NCBI GenBank assembly: GCA_013239625.1
Contig: MU053792.1
Location: 718,941 to 782,940, forward strand
Source of the DNA: Lama guanicoe
Taxonomy: Eukaryota
Length of the DNA stretch: 64,000 bases
Reading direction: 5' to 3'
The notes below the pieces were generated by a model. That model saw only the letters and a program-made list of their open reading frames with translations. It did not search any database and was not told the DNA's origin. A program made the position numbers and the translations under genes. This document shows positions 51,650-64,000 of this stretch, piece after piece; within the stretch, counting starts at the first letter, position 1, and every line of letters starts with the position of its first letter.

Positions 51650-54000
51650 TGCATTCATTTATTTAGCAAATATTTATAGAACCCTACTGTGTGTCAGGAA
51701 CAATTCTAGATTTAGGAATAAAAGCAAAACAAATGAAATCACAATACACATACACACAAAACCACACACACACAGACACACGGGACAAAACATCTTGTAC
51801 CCATGGAGCTTGCATCCAAATAGAAGAGGCAGACAATTTAAAAAAGACATGTTATATGACAGGTTGACAAATTTAAAAAAAATAAAGTTAGGAACAGGGA
51901 TATGAAGTGTTGGCAAGAGTGGAGATGCCTGTGGAGGTAACTTTGAGAAAGATCTGAAGGAAGTAGGAAGTGAGGGGTTTGCCCTGATAATATCCGTGGG
52001 AGAATTTTCACACATGACGAGCATCAGTTGCAAATACCTGAGTGAGGAAGTAGGCTCACCTACTCAGTGCTCAGCCCAGCAGCTGAAAAGAGAGGACAAG
52101 GAGGAGAAGAGTAAGAAATTAGTTCAGAGATGTAATGGATGTTATATTACACAGGACTTTGCAGGATCTCACTTGGAATGAAAAGAGAAATGACATAATA
52201 TGACTTGCATTTTAGCAGGATCTCTATGATTACTGATTGAGAATGGGAGTGGGCAGAAACACAAGACCATTTAGGTGACTACGGCAATAATCCAGGCAAG
52301 ACGTGCGTGGACTGGCCCTGGGGGTGGTCACAAGCGGTTAAATTTCGGATATACTTGGAAGGTAGAGTCAATAGGACTTGCTATTGTGGAGAGTGAAGGA
52401 AATGGAGGAATCAACAATGGCATTGAGCTTTTAGGCTCTAGCAGCCAGAAAGTGGAATTATCATTACTGAGATGAGGACTGGTAGAAGAACACTGGTGGA
52501 AGACAAAGGAGAACTCAGGTTTTAACATATTAATCTGGAGGTGTTTATTGTTAAATCTACAAGTGGGATTGTTAAGTAGACAGATTTGCTGGTCTAGAAT
52601 TCAGAGAGGAACAGGATGAAGATATAAATTTGGAAGCTATTAGGATTAAGTTGGTATTTAAGCTCATCACCATCACTAGAGAATGTCAACACCTAGACAG
52701 TGAGGATAGAAGAATAAGAGAAATGCCAGCAATGAACTCTGCTCCAGGTCTCTGTGATCTATAGAAATGGATGAGATGGAAGGAATCAATGGAGACAGAA
52801 ATAAATGGCTGGAAAGAAGGAAAATGAGGTGAGTTCTAAATGCCAAGTATCAAATGGCTTCAAGGAAGAGTGATCAACTGGCAAAATACTGTTTATAAAT
52901 CAAATATGATTAGGTATTAGAAATCCCCACTGGATTTAACAACATGGTGGTCATTGGAGATCTTCACAAGAGCAGTTGCAAATGGGAGTGAAAACTTAAT
53001 TTGAGTGTGTTAAGAAAGAACAGAAAGAGGAAAGTTGAAGACAGCACGAATAGATGACTCTTCCAAGGATTTTTGCTGTAAAGGGAAGGATAGAAATGAG
53101 ACTGTAGCTAGAGGGATATAAGATCAAAATATAAGAGAAATAACATGTCTATGAGCTGATAAATGTTCCCTAGAGAAGAAACATGGTGATGCTGGAGAGA
53201 AAGGAGATGCCCTTGAGCAGGCAAGGACAGGTGGATTCTAAGGTACAAATAGAGGACTTGGTCTTAGTGAAGAACACAGATAATTCACTCATAGTAATGG
53301 ACGAGAAAGTAGACTATTTCACAGAGAATCAGACGCAGGGGTAGACGTAGTGGTAGGAGCTTATGGAAGTTATTTTCTGAAAGCTTCAGCTTATTTTAGA
53401 TAAAACAGGAGTTAAGATCATATGCTGAAACTGAACATATGAAAAAGTTACGGTATATTTGAGGAAAGAAAAGAAAAATTGAAAAATCATCTAAGATAGT
53501 AGGAAAGAGAATGAACTAGGGAGAAAGAGTATGATTTCCAGACACCATTAAAGGGCCACCATGACTGTGAGTTTTTATCCAGCCACTTTCAGCTATGTGG
53601 ATGTGATGAAGAATAGGGTTTAATCTAGGCTGGAATTTTGTCAAATGAATATGATAAACTGGGGAGAGGGAAAGGAGTTGAGAGTGTATACAATGTAATT
53701 ATAATTACCCATGAATTTTAAACCAGTTTAGGAGACAAGAAAACACATAAGGACAAGGAGAAATAGAGCAAAAACAGTAAGACTAATGGATTGATGGCTC
53801 CAATGGGGTCAAAGAATTGTTGGAGTATGGCTCTAAAGGGAACTAATTGGAGGCACAGGAGATGAAGTTTAGAGGGGGACTAATTGAAACTGACATTATG
53901 TAGGGGTTGCAGTTTTTGTCAGTGTTGAGTCTATAGCCATAAGAGTGAATAACTATGGTGAAATTAGGTGAAATGAAGATCACTGGGGAAAGAATTAACA
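51650..54000 (-). mobile_element. Long L2 (L2a/b-like) remnant, ~2.3 kb
   Basis: Starts with the antisense L2 tail cattcatttatttagcaaatattta..ctactgtgtgtcagg. Continues with tgacataatatgacttgcattttagcaggatc, ggatatacttggaaggtagag, gatataaatttggaag and ggatttaacaacatgg..gtcattgg. Confidence 0.85.
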
Positions 54001-54867
54001 AAACTGAAATAGCCTATGTTAATACTGGGATCACAATCTACTAACTGTAACTTTTGGCAAGTTACTTATACCCACTGAGCCTTGGTTTCTTACTTATTTA
54101 TTGATGTTCTACAACATCAAAAGCAAAGCCAGAATGACAGTGCTGGACGTAACAAGGAAACGGAGCTTCTTTTACGAATTCCTATTTAAGAACTGAATCA
54201 GTCTCTCTTAGATTTAGAACAATCTGAGATAACCAGGTGCTTGCAGAATGAAGATGTGTAAGCATACATTAATAACAAATAAAATCTAAGGATTTGGTTA
54301 ACCTCATCAGTGACCTCAACTGTCAAGATGTAGAAAGTAGAACTAATTGAACCACGGGCACAAAATAAGGAAGATGGTTTGAAATACAACCAAATCTATT
54401 AGTAAATGTAATTACATTAATTTTTTTTCCTATTACAGTAGATAAGATATCCTCTCTCTTCTCAACAATTAATAAAGCTGTTAAAATATTTTCTAGATGC
54501 TGCTTATTAAATCAGTCAGAAATTTGTACAAATAAAAACATTTGTTATTTCTTTAATGTTTACCAAGGATTGTTTTTCCTTACAAGTGTACTGAATATAA
54601 TTTTTCTTACTAAAATACATCTTATAAGTTCATGTCAAAGTTTATGTCTTAAAAAAATTTCTTTTTGCTTTGCTTCTTTCAAAATAGATTATTATTTGAC
54701 AGCATTATTTTATTAATTTATGTTAGGTTATGAAACATATTAAGAATATAAATATTATACATATTACATATCTCTATAGACACACCATACATATACACAT
54801 ACACACACAGGCACAAACACATATTAGAACCTCAAAATAACAATATTCACTATATAATTTTTTTTTG

Positions 54868-55080
54868 AGGCAGCATAACAAAAGAGCATGGGCTTTGCAG
54901 TTCTGATAGAAAACGGAGATGAATCCTGGCACTATTTACTAGCTGTACAACTTCTGAAACTTTCTCACCTTCACTAAAACTCAGTTTACTCATCTGTTGA
55001 ATAGGATTAATAGCTCCTAGTTTCTTGGGTTGTTGTCAGGATCAGGAGCTAATGCAGCATGTACAAAACACATGTCAATA
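54868..55080 (+). mobile_element. MIR SINE
   Basis: aagagcatgggctttg..gaatcctggcacta.ttactagctgt..ctcagtttactcatctgt..gggttgttgtcaggat. Confidence 0.8.
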
Positions 55081-55276
55081 CATTTTAGGCTTTTTTAAAA
55101 ATTATTTCCTGAGGGTTTAAGATTTAAATACACATCGTCTTTCTGGTCTAGGAGTCTGTCGTTTTTTCCTGAATGTCTCATTTTTCTTATTCAAATATAT
55201 GCAAATATATTCAAATCAACTATATATATCAAATATATTTCAATCAACTACTATCTGGCTGTAGTTATTGCTATTC

Positions 55277-56640
55277 CTTTTTTTTTTAACTTTTGACCCC
55301 CCCCCTTAACTCATTTCTCCCACATCCTGTCTCTGGCAATTATCACCAGTCTCTTCTCTGTATCTATGAATTTTGTTTGTTCTGTTTTGTTTAGATTCCA
55401 CACATAAGAAAAATCACACATTACTTGTCTTTCTCAGTCTGACTTATTTCCCTTAGTATAATACCTTCTAAATCCACCCATGTTGTCACAAATGGCAATA
55501 TTTCATTCTCTTTTATGGCTGAATAATATTCCTGTGTGTGTGTGTGTGTGTGTGTGTATGAATAAGACAACTTTTTTCTTTCTTTATTCATCCATTGCTG
55601 GGTCCACTCATCCATTAGCTGGCTTCCATATCTTGGCTATTGTAAGTAATGCTGCAGTGAACATTGGAGTGCATATATCTTTTCAAATTAGTGTTTTTGC
55701 TGCTTCAGATAAATACCCAAAAGTAAAATCACTGGATTGGTGGTAGTTTCATTTTTAATTTTTTGACAAGTGTCCATACTGTATTCCATAATGGCTGTAC
55801 CAACTCACATTCTCATCAACAGTATACTAGGGTTCCCTTTTCTCCACATTCTTGCCAACATTATTATTTGTTGTCTTTCTGATAATAGACACTCTGACAG
55901 GTGTGAGGCGATATCTAATTGTGGTTTGGACTTGAATTTCCCTGATGATTAACAATGTTGAGCATCCTTTTGTGCTCCTATTGTAGTTCTTCTCTAGAAA
56001 AATGTCTGTTTAGATTCTCTGCTCATTTTTTCATCACATTATTTGTTGTTTTGATATTGAATTGTATGAGTTCCTTGTATATTTTGGATATTAACCCCTA
56101 TGGCATATATCATCTGTAAATATCTTCTCCCACCAGTAGGCAGACTTTTTATTATTTTGTCGATAGTTTCCTTCACTGTGAAAAGCCATTTAGTTTGATG
56201 TAATCCCATTTGTTTACTTTTGCTTTTGTTTCCCTTGCCAGAGGAGACATGTCCAAAAGAAAAGCACTAAGACTGATGTCAGAGAGCATACTAAGTATGT
56301 TTTCTTCTAGGAGTTTTATGATTTCATGTCTTAACATTTAGTCTTTAATCTATTTTGAGTTTTCTTTTATATGGTGGGAGAAAGTAGTCCAGTGTGGTTC
56401 TTTTGCATGTAGCTGTCCACTTTTCCCAGCACTTCTTATTGAAGAGTCTGTCTTTTCCCTATTGCCTCCTTTGTCGCAGATTGATTGATCATATAACTGT
56501 GGGTTCATTTCTGGACTCTCTGTTCCGTTCCTTTGATCTGTGTGTCTGTTTTTGTACCTGTACTACACTGCTGTAGTAACTGTAACTTTGTACTGTAGTT
56601 TGAAATCAGGGAGCATGTTACTTCCAGCTTTGTCCTACTT
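55277..56640 (-). mobile_element. 5'-truncated L1 (C-terminal ORF2 and 3' UTR) containing (TG)n
   Basis: T-tract at 55278. Peptide EYYSAIKENEILPFVTTWVDLEGIILREISQTEKDK. (TG)n at 55533-55557. Confidence 0.9.
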
Positions 56641-57142
56641 TATCTTTTTTAAGTTAGTGGGGTTTTTTTTCTTCAGACAAATACCCAGAAGTGGAACTAT
56701 TGGATCATATGGTAGTTCTATTTTTAATTTTTTGCGGAGTCCCATACCATTTTCCATAATGGCTGCACCAATTAACTCTCTCACCAAGTGTACAATGGTT
56801 CCCTTTTCTCCACGTCCTCACCGATGCTTGCTATTCCTTGTCTTTTTAATAATAGCCATTCTAACAAGTTGGTGAGGTGACATCTTAATGTGGTTTTGAT
56901 TTGCATTTCCCTGGTGATTAATGATGTTGAACATATTGTCATGTACCTGTTGGCTATCTGTATGTCTTCTCTGGAAAAATATCTGTTCAGATCTTCTACC
57001 CATCTTTTCACTGGGTTGTTTGTTTTTTTGCTATTGAGTTGTATGTGCTCTTTATATATTTTAGATATTATCTCCTTATCAGATATATGTTTTGCAAATA
57101 TTTTCTCCCATTCAATATGTTGTCTTTTAATTTTGTTGATGT
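56641..57142 (-). mobile_element. Second L1 ORF2 C-terminal fragment abutting the previous one
   Basis: Peptide [41 protein letters not shown]. Homologous to ~55676-56165. Confidence 0.85.
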
Positions 57143-59876
57143 AATTATATATATTTTAATTTTAATCTCTGAAATTTTAGTCAAGCTCTTTCAGCTAAAT
57201 TAAAAGTCATCTACCAGGTCACAGGGAAAACTATGCATATATATTTGTATTTTATGTTAATATTTGAATGCTTAAATGTATATTTAACATAATACATTCC
57301 TCATAAAATAATTTTTTACACTTATTTCTCATGACTTAGACTATTCTTATATGCACCACCTCTGTTGAAGATTACCAAATTTTTGCAAGAGGCAAGGAAG
57401 ATATTTATTATTACTTCCATATTTTAAAGAAGACTGAGGATCTAGGCTTTTAGGTTACTGACACTATGAACTCTAGATTCTTTTAGCTAATTATACAAAT
57501 TATAGCTAATAATTTATGTCCACCTGTATAAATAAATAATCTTCAATATACATATGTTAAGTATATACATACATCTATATAGATGAGTCTTATGTTCATA
57601 TTATTATGTTTCATAAAGCATAACAAAAATTATTTATTCATGTTAATGTAAAAGTGAAATTACACTGAAAAGTTAATAATTTGTTTTAACTGAATTAAGG
57701 TACAATTGAGGTAATTAAATCCATAGTTTTTTTTTCTGAGCAATATTTTAGATCAATGTTCATGAACAGCTACATAAACTGAAGTGCTACATCCATCATA
57801 ATTTTTAATTAGTTAAGCAACACACTTTGCAAATCTTCCAGATATGGAACACTATGAGCTATTAATGAGCTCTGCTTTGAGCTTCAAACATGTAGATGTG
57901 GCACTAGCCTCAAAGTGAGTTTACAGCACAGTTGGTAAGTTGGCTAAATCGGTGATTCTAATTAGTGCTATACCGAAATAAATAAATAATAAATAAATAA
58001 AGAGCCATGTTTATTAATATCTTGAAGGTTACAATTGAGACTAGCTCTCTCACATGTCTGATATTTTCTAGATTTGAAAAAACCAAAGGTAAATTTGAGT
58101 GCAGAAGAACGAGGAATTTTGGCATAGAAAATGAGCACTTGCTGTATATAGTAACTTTATCATACAAGGCATCATTACCTACTTGTTTTTAATCTTACAT
58201 TTATCTAAAGTATAGATTAGTAATCTAGTGAATCCTTCACATTACAAACATAGAAATTATTAACTGAACACCCTAATCAATAAATTCATGTGATATTTTT
58301 ACCAATCCCCAACAGGTCAGTGATCCCTCAGTGGGTCCTTTGTCCACTGGAGTCACAAATGCCAATCAAATGAAGTCAGGTTCAATGTAGCAGAGCAGAA
58401 ACCTAATTTATTGATAAAGAAATGGAGAGGGAGAGCACATGCTCTGAAAAATAGCCTTCTCCTTAAAGGGAGAGGAGGAAGGGAAACGTAAGGGGTAGGA
58501 GACAGGTGTCATCAGGGCTTTAGGGAAAGGACAGAGATTCCCAGGTGCAGGGGAGAGCAGCCAGGGCACGCAAGCTTCCTTTTTACTTTGCACCGGGCGC
58601 AAATGGTGTCTAGTAGAGCACAAACCCCCACCCTGGGTGATCCTACCGCGATAATGAAATAAAGGTAGCTTTAAGACATCTTCAGTTCTCATCTGCACAG
58701 GTTTGTTCCTGTGGTCAAGTCAGAGCCAATTTAGGGCTGCCGACCACTGCATAACTCTTAAAGCACAAGCCACAAAACATTTCTGTCAAATGCCAGGAGC
58801 TTTTGAAATAAACACAAAGATAAATCAAGACAAGGGTCCTTCAGCTCTCAGGAGCAGGCATGGGTGACAAAATATTCTCTTAAAATAATTTCACTTAGAC
58901 TTTGAAAAATATCAACCTGGATATTAGAGTCGCATTATGATTTAAAGTGATCTTTAGTCTTCCGTAATAAATAAATACAATTTTCTGAACATTAACTGTT
59001 CTTGCTTCAATTCCATTAAAAAACACACACTCACTACACCACGTACAACATCCTCAGGAAATGATACATGTACTCAATTATAAAGGAAAATTCCATTTAA
59101 ACAGTTTAGTTTAGTTTAGTTTAAATATGAATTGTACTAAAAAAAAGATAAAATGAATTCTGGTTGTGTATTTTTGCACAGAAAAATGACAGTAGACATG
59201 AGGAGGGCTTGATAAAGATTGCTACAGTTGTCAAGAGGGTAACTAAGTTATAGTTAATTGTAACTGGTTGAAATAAAGGAGAAAACTATTATAAAGATAA
59301 GCTTTTCATGGAGGATTGCGTAATTTAAAAATTCTAAGAGCATGGAGTAGCTAGTGGGAAGTTAATGATCTTAATTTTTTAACCATTTTCCTTCTATTTT
59401 TACGTGTGAAAAGTATGCTTTACTTGAAAAATATTCCTGCATGAAAACCACTGGGGAAATGGATTAGATATGATCATTGCAAAGGTATTTTCAATTAAAT
59501 GACTAGAATACAGTATTTTGCCTTTTCCCCAAGAGAACATTCAAATGAATCTATTTTTTTAAACTGCTTAATATGTGTGAGTACGTAATAGAAAAATACA
59601 CTTTAGAGACTTTGTTCTTATAAGCTAAATCATCTGATTTCAAGGAATTTTCCCTTTCAGATCCAGAAGTTTTAAATTTGAAACAATTTTATATTGGATT
59701 CAGAATTTGGCTGCTAATATTTTAAATTAACATTTTGTGACATTGATTGCTTTAAGTTGGCCTTGCCTCATTTTATTTCTGTTATGCTGCTGTTGTAGCA
59801 TGATGTTTATTTAGGAATGAGTAAGAGTGCTAACAAGGAATCAGAGTCTTGTTTCATAATCTGTATTATTTAATTA

Positions 59877-59900
59877 ATGACTCATCTGTGAGTGAGTCAT
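59877..59900. promoter_or_regulatory. Paired consensus AP-1 sites
   Basis: TGACTCA (59878-59884) and TGAGTCA (59893-59899). Motif match only. Confidence 0.35.
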
Positions 59901-61279
59901 CAGGGAACCTGAAATAGACAGAGTGAGGAGGTGATCCCTGATCTGGTAACATAGCCCGCCCATCGGTAACTGAGGCTGAGGGTTGAGAGGGAAACATGAA
60001 CAATTCAGCCTAAAATAGCTTTCAAGTCAATTGAAATATTCAAAATGCCCCAGCAGTGTAAAGCTGAAGCTTTACAAAAGTGGATAGGAAGAAATTACAA
60101 AACCAAAGGAAAATGGCTACAGAAAGATAAACCCACAAGAAAACTTTTAGAATAATGGAAGCAAAAAGTATTAGCCAAAGGCAAAGCACTGTGGTAAAAT
60201 AAATGGCTCAATTAAAGCAATTCAACATAAAAGCCAAAACTGAAAAATGCTATAATGTTAAAGGTCAGTATATGTGATCAGATGCACGTCCCTCTGGCTC
60301 TGGGCTTTCTTGACCACAGTAAGTGCTAATCGCGTGGGAGGTTATCCCATCTACAGACATTTGCATTTTGATAAGGAATTGTGAAATTGTAAAAGCCTCT
60401 AGACACAAAGTGTGTGCTTCACTACTGAAGGACAGAGTGTCAGACTCTGCTGAGGTTATTTTGTGGAAGAGAGCCATCCTTAGTAACTCACAAATATGGC
60501 CTAACGGGAAGCCAGAGGCCTGACCTAAGAGTTCCATTTAATCAAGAAGTTTAGGGGGAAACTGACATTATCCAAGAAGTAAAGGTGAAAAGTGAGGGAT
60601 GAGAGAGGCCTTAGACCAGAAGCAAAGCGATTTGTAATTGCAAAAGACGAATCTAAACTAGCCTCACTTTTCAATGCAATAGAAGTAATCTGCCTTTCTT
60701 TTTCCTTGCCATCCCTAGACCAGTAACTGTAGGATTTTTTTTTTTTAGGTTAAAACATTTAAACTTCTAGTTTAGTAAGAACTGAACTTATTTCTTTACC
60801 ACCATTTTATCCAGTACAATGGGAATGGCAAAGCAATGAAGTTAGGGGATTTTTTATGTAGAGAGGTTCCAAGTGTTTGACTTCACAGAACTGAGGAAGC
60901 TGACAGACCAAAGGACAGATGATTAGAAACAGAATCCACCAGAAAGATTCAAAATGGAGGCACCAATTTCACTGAAAAGAGAATACCTCTAGGGCTGGAA
61001 ATTGATTGAAAGCCTACTTTAAAAAAATTTGAACACCCCATTCTTTCCTGAGTCAGGTAACTGGCATTTGCCTATCTCCCACCTAACGCAAATCTGGATG
61101 TATAATTTATCAAGAGAATAAAACAAAGATATTCCAGACTTGAGGACATGAAGTTGAGTTTAGGGAAGATGTGCCAAGATAAAAATTGGCTTTGAAATGA
61201 AAATCTGCCTATTGAATGGAAATCCACTCCCAGACAGTTTTTTTTTTGTGCCTTACTTATTAATATTAGCAGTCACCCC

Positions 61280-62240
61280 ATGAGAAATTTGAGAAGTGCC
61301 CCAACTGGAAAATTACCCACCCAAAGAAAACAAAACAAAGAAAATAATTTTCAAGTGAAAAGATTTCAATGCAAGAAGCCAAAGAATATGTCAAAACACT
61401 TTTGTTAGTGGATGAGACAATGCTATGTATGCATGAAACAAGAACAGGAGGCTGTTATAAAGAGGACTACTCAGAGAACAAGACAACACAAAGCTCTTGA
61501 AAAGTAAAAATAAGAAACTCAAAATACCAAAAGAAATATAAGAAAGAATGGCATTGAACTATAACATTGGCAAAATCTCTTAGAAGGTGCAGCCAAAAGA
61601 CAAAGAAAGGAAAAATAGGAGTGAAAAATTTAAGAAAATGTGATAGTCAGTCCATGACACCCAATGTCCAAATAGTAGGAATTGCTAAAGGAGAAGAGAG
61701 AAAACTGAAGATTTCATAGACTCCAAGGATAAGAATTTCCAAAGTGAGCAGATGGCTCAGCACAATGAATGGGGGGTGGAATTACTCAGGCTTTTTCATA
61801 CTATAATTTAAGAACACTGAGAATAAAGAACAGATGACAACAGCCTCCAGAATGAGTAATAAGCCAGCCTGATTCAAATAACCGGGAATAAATAACATGG
61901 TACATTTATCTTACTCCAAATTATAAGAATTTTTTAAGAAGAGAGAGAATAGAGGGGAGTGGGTATTTGAACAGGGTGGAGGTAGCTCAGTCTTCATCGA
62001 TCAAAGCAAGAAGTCAATAGATAATATGTAACACTGAAAAACAGGCCAAGAAAATAGCAGTTTACGTATGATATTTGGAACTTACATATTTAGATATTTA
62101 AGATCTTGTCAAAAACTGTCAGGAGTTTCAAATGCTTATTACCTCTGAGGAATAAAAACTGAGGTTAAAACGGAAACATCTTTTCCTTGCTATGTCTTCT
62201 GGAACTAGTTGTCTTATTAAACAGGTTGCATGTATAATTT
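61280..62240 (+). mobile_element. HAL1-like (half-L1) or very old L1 ORF1 remnant
   Basis: Degenerate ORF1 landmarks (ccaaaagacaaagaaaggaaaaatagga, ccaatgtccaaatagtaggaattg, gaacactgagaataaagaa..agcctccaga) followed directly by a 3' UTR-like segment with no ORF2. May extend upstream to ~60100. Confidence 0.55.
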
Positions 62241-64000
62241 TTATTTATTTTAATTACAGGGTGTTTTTTGAGGTTAATTACTATTTATTTAGTTTTTATA
62301 GGATTCAATGAGATCCATATTTGATTTTAAGTTTCTCTGATTCTGAAAAGTTGAAAGGGTTTTCATCCTACTCTGCATGAATGATTAGTTAGTCATAAAG
62401 TAGCTCTCTATATATTCTATCCCACATTCTGATCATCTTTTTTTGTGTTGTTGTTCACATTTTTCTAGATTATTTGCTTACTTCCTTCATGTTTTGGATA
62501 TGTCACAATCATCTTCTGTATAACTTCAGATAATCTTTACTGTCTGTTCCTTTTGACCGTTTTCAGTATTAATTTTATTTGATCTACGTCAATTTTTATG
62601 TCATGGTCATTTCTTTTAATCCTGTCTTGTTCTGTTTAATAATAAATAGCTACTTTTATAGAATTTCTTTGAAATCTTAAATCTAGTTAAAGAGATATAT
62701 CCTTTTCTAGAGTTTCACAGTGTTGTCCATTTTTTTGTGTGGGTGCTAAGAATATATTTCATGGATTTAATATTACTATTTGCTATTCATTCATTGCATG
62801 AGTTCAATTTGTTGGTCTTTGTTGTGGGCTCAATCAATTTTGAAGGGCTACTTAAAAACTTACCCCCAGAGTCCTAGTTGAAATAGAAAATCCTATCCAA
62901 GACCAGAGTGGGGAAAAATCAATAAAGGAGAGGAGTAGGGTTGGGGGGAGCAAATTTAATTATTTTTCCCGGATGGCCTAGGAGCTCGGAGTTCCTTCTC
63001 TCTGGATCCCAAGATTAGAAGGCAAACTGGGAAAAGATGCAAATAAAGATCCATTCCCACTGGAAAACCTTAGGATACCTACCCTCCCAGGATTTGCAAT
63101 AATCCCTGTCCTTTCCCATTGTTGTTGCATGATCAAAAATATTTTAATTATGTTAAAGAAACTCAGGAAAGGCAAAGTCTTTGCTCATGCTTGTAATTCA
63201 CTCCTTTCCCCAGAACTGATAAAACCAGTAAGCTGGTAGATCAACAAATCTGAACTAAGCTGATTGAGATTTTGGATCAAAAATATAGTCAAGTACATCT
63301 TCTTCCTAACTAACAAATAAATGCCAGTATCTATCCTGTCTCACAAGCAGTGAAACACAAATTTAATCTATATCCCCTGAAATTTAAAATAACAAAGTTA
63401 AAAGTCTAGTAACTAATGAAAAATAAAATATTAATAATAAATGGGGACCAAAAAGATCTGCAGCTAATTTATGATATAACAGCAAACGTAGAATTCCGTG
63501 AATTCCAAGGAACAACAGATAGCTCTACAAATTTATGAAATAAATTCGTCTCAGGGTTTCACCTGCCACCTGAAGACAAGAGTAAGCAGACTTTTTTACA
63601 TAAGATCCAATAAGAAAAAAAGCAACTGTTTGTTGGCTTCCTTCTTCAGAATTATTTTCGTAAGAGAGTGTAATATTTGCAATTGTGTCTAAGAATTGTA
63701 AAAATGTTTGATTACTGCTTGCTTTTTTCTAAGGCTACAATTTCTGAAGCTGTCTAGCATACGCTGCAACACTGACCGCAACGCTATAACTTTCAACAAA
63801 TTGTATGAAAGGTGAGATCTTACAGATTTGAGAAGATGTGGGAGAGAAATGAGTTATTTCGAAGTGATGAGCTGCGTTTTTCTATTAGAGTGCAATCACC
63901 CCTTCTATTTATAAAATTATCCATGCAGGGAGTCTTAAGTATTAAGAGGAGAGAGGAAGCCACCAACAGGATCAGTGGTTGAAAGAGCTGCAGGGGTTTT

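Noticed and set aside
58408..58698. 96-aa ATG-less minus-strand ORF in a GC-richer patch
   Set aside because: No recognisable similarity; length within chance expectation.
1..64000. CRISPR array, operon, rRNA/tRNA genes, NUMT or lineage-specific tRNA-SINE
   Set aside because: No regularly spaced repeats, no long non-TE ORFs, and no recognisable structural RNA or mitochondrial sequence seen.

Overview
AT-rich eutherian mammalian non-coding DNA (intergenic or deep intronic). I recognise no host protein-coding gene, RNA gene or prokaryotic-type system. The recognisable ORF-track entries are L1 fragments (sense or antisense); the rest look like chance ORFs. A large share of the window is interspersed repeats. 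These include L1s of several ages: a 7.1 kb near full-length dead copy on the minus strand, a 2.6 kb 5'-truncated copy with a perfect 15-bp TSD, a doubly internally deleted copy, and two 5'-inverted twin-priming insertions. There are also L2, MIR, HAL1-like, Tigger/MER44, MER2, MER3 and MER58 elements, and an ERV1-type solo LTR nested in an L2. The youngest L1 3' ends resemble camelid-type L1 as I recall it, and I see no Alu, B1, Bov-tA, PRE1 or Can-SINE, so a camelid source is a plausible inference. The observations least explained by ordinary repeat annotation are: (i) a 37/42-identical direct repeat pair 868 bp apart in apparently unique DNA (49446/50314); (ii) an L1 that keeps its 5' UTR, most of ORF1 and its 3' end but lacks two large internal blocks at AAG|C junctions, a candidate non-autonomous or spliced L1; (iii) a 208-codon chimeric ORF created by a twin-priming inversion; (iv) several CpG-retaining, motif-dense enhancer candidates and one exon-like segment. 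Repeat family names and boundaries were assigned by eye from remembered consensus features and are approximate.
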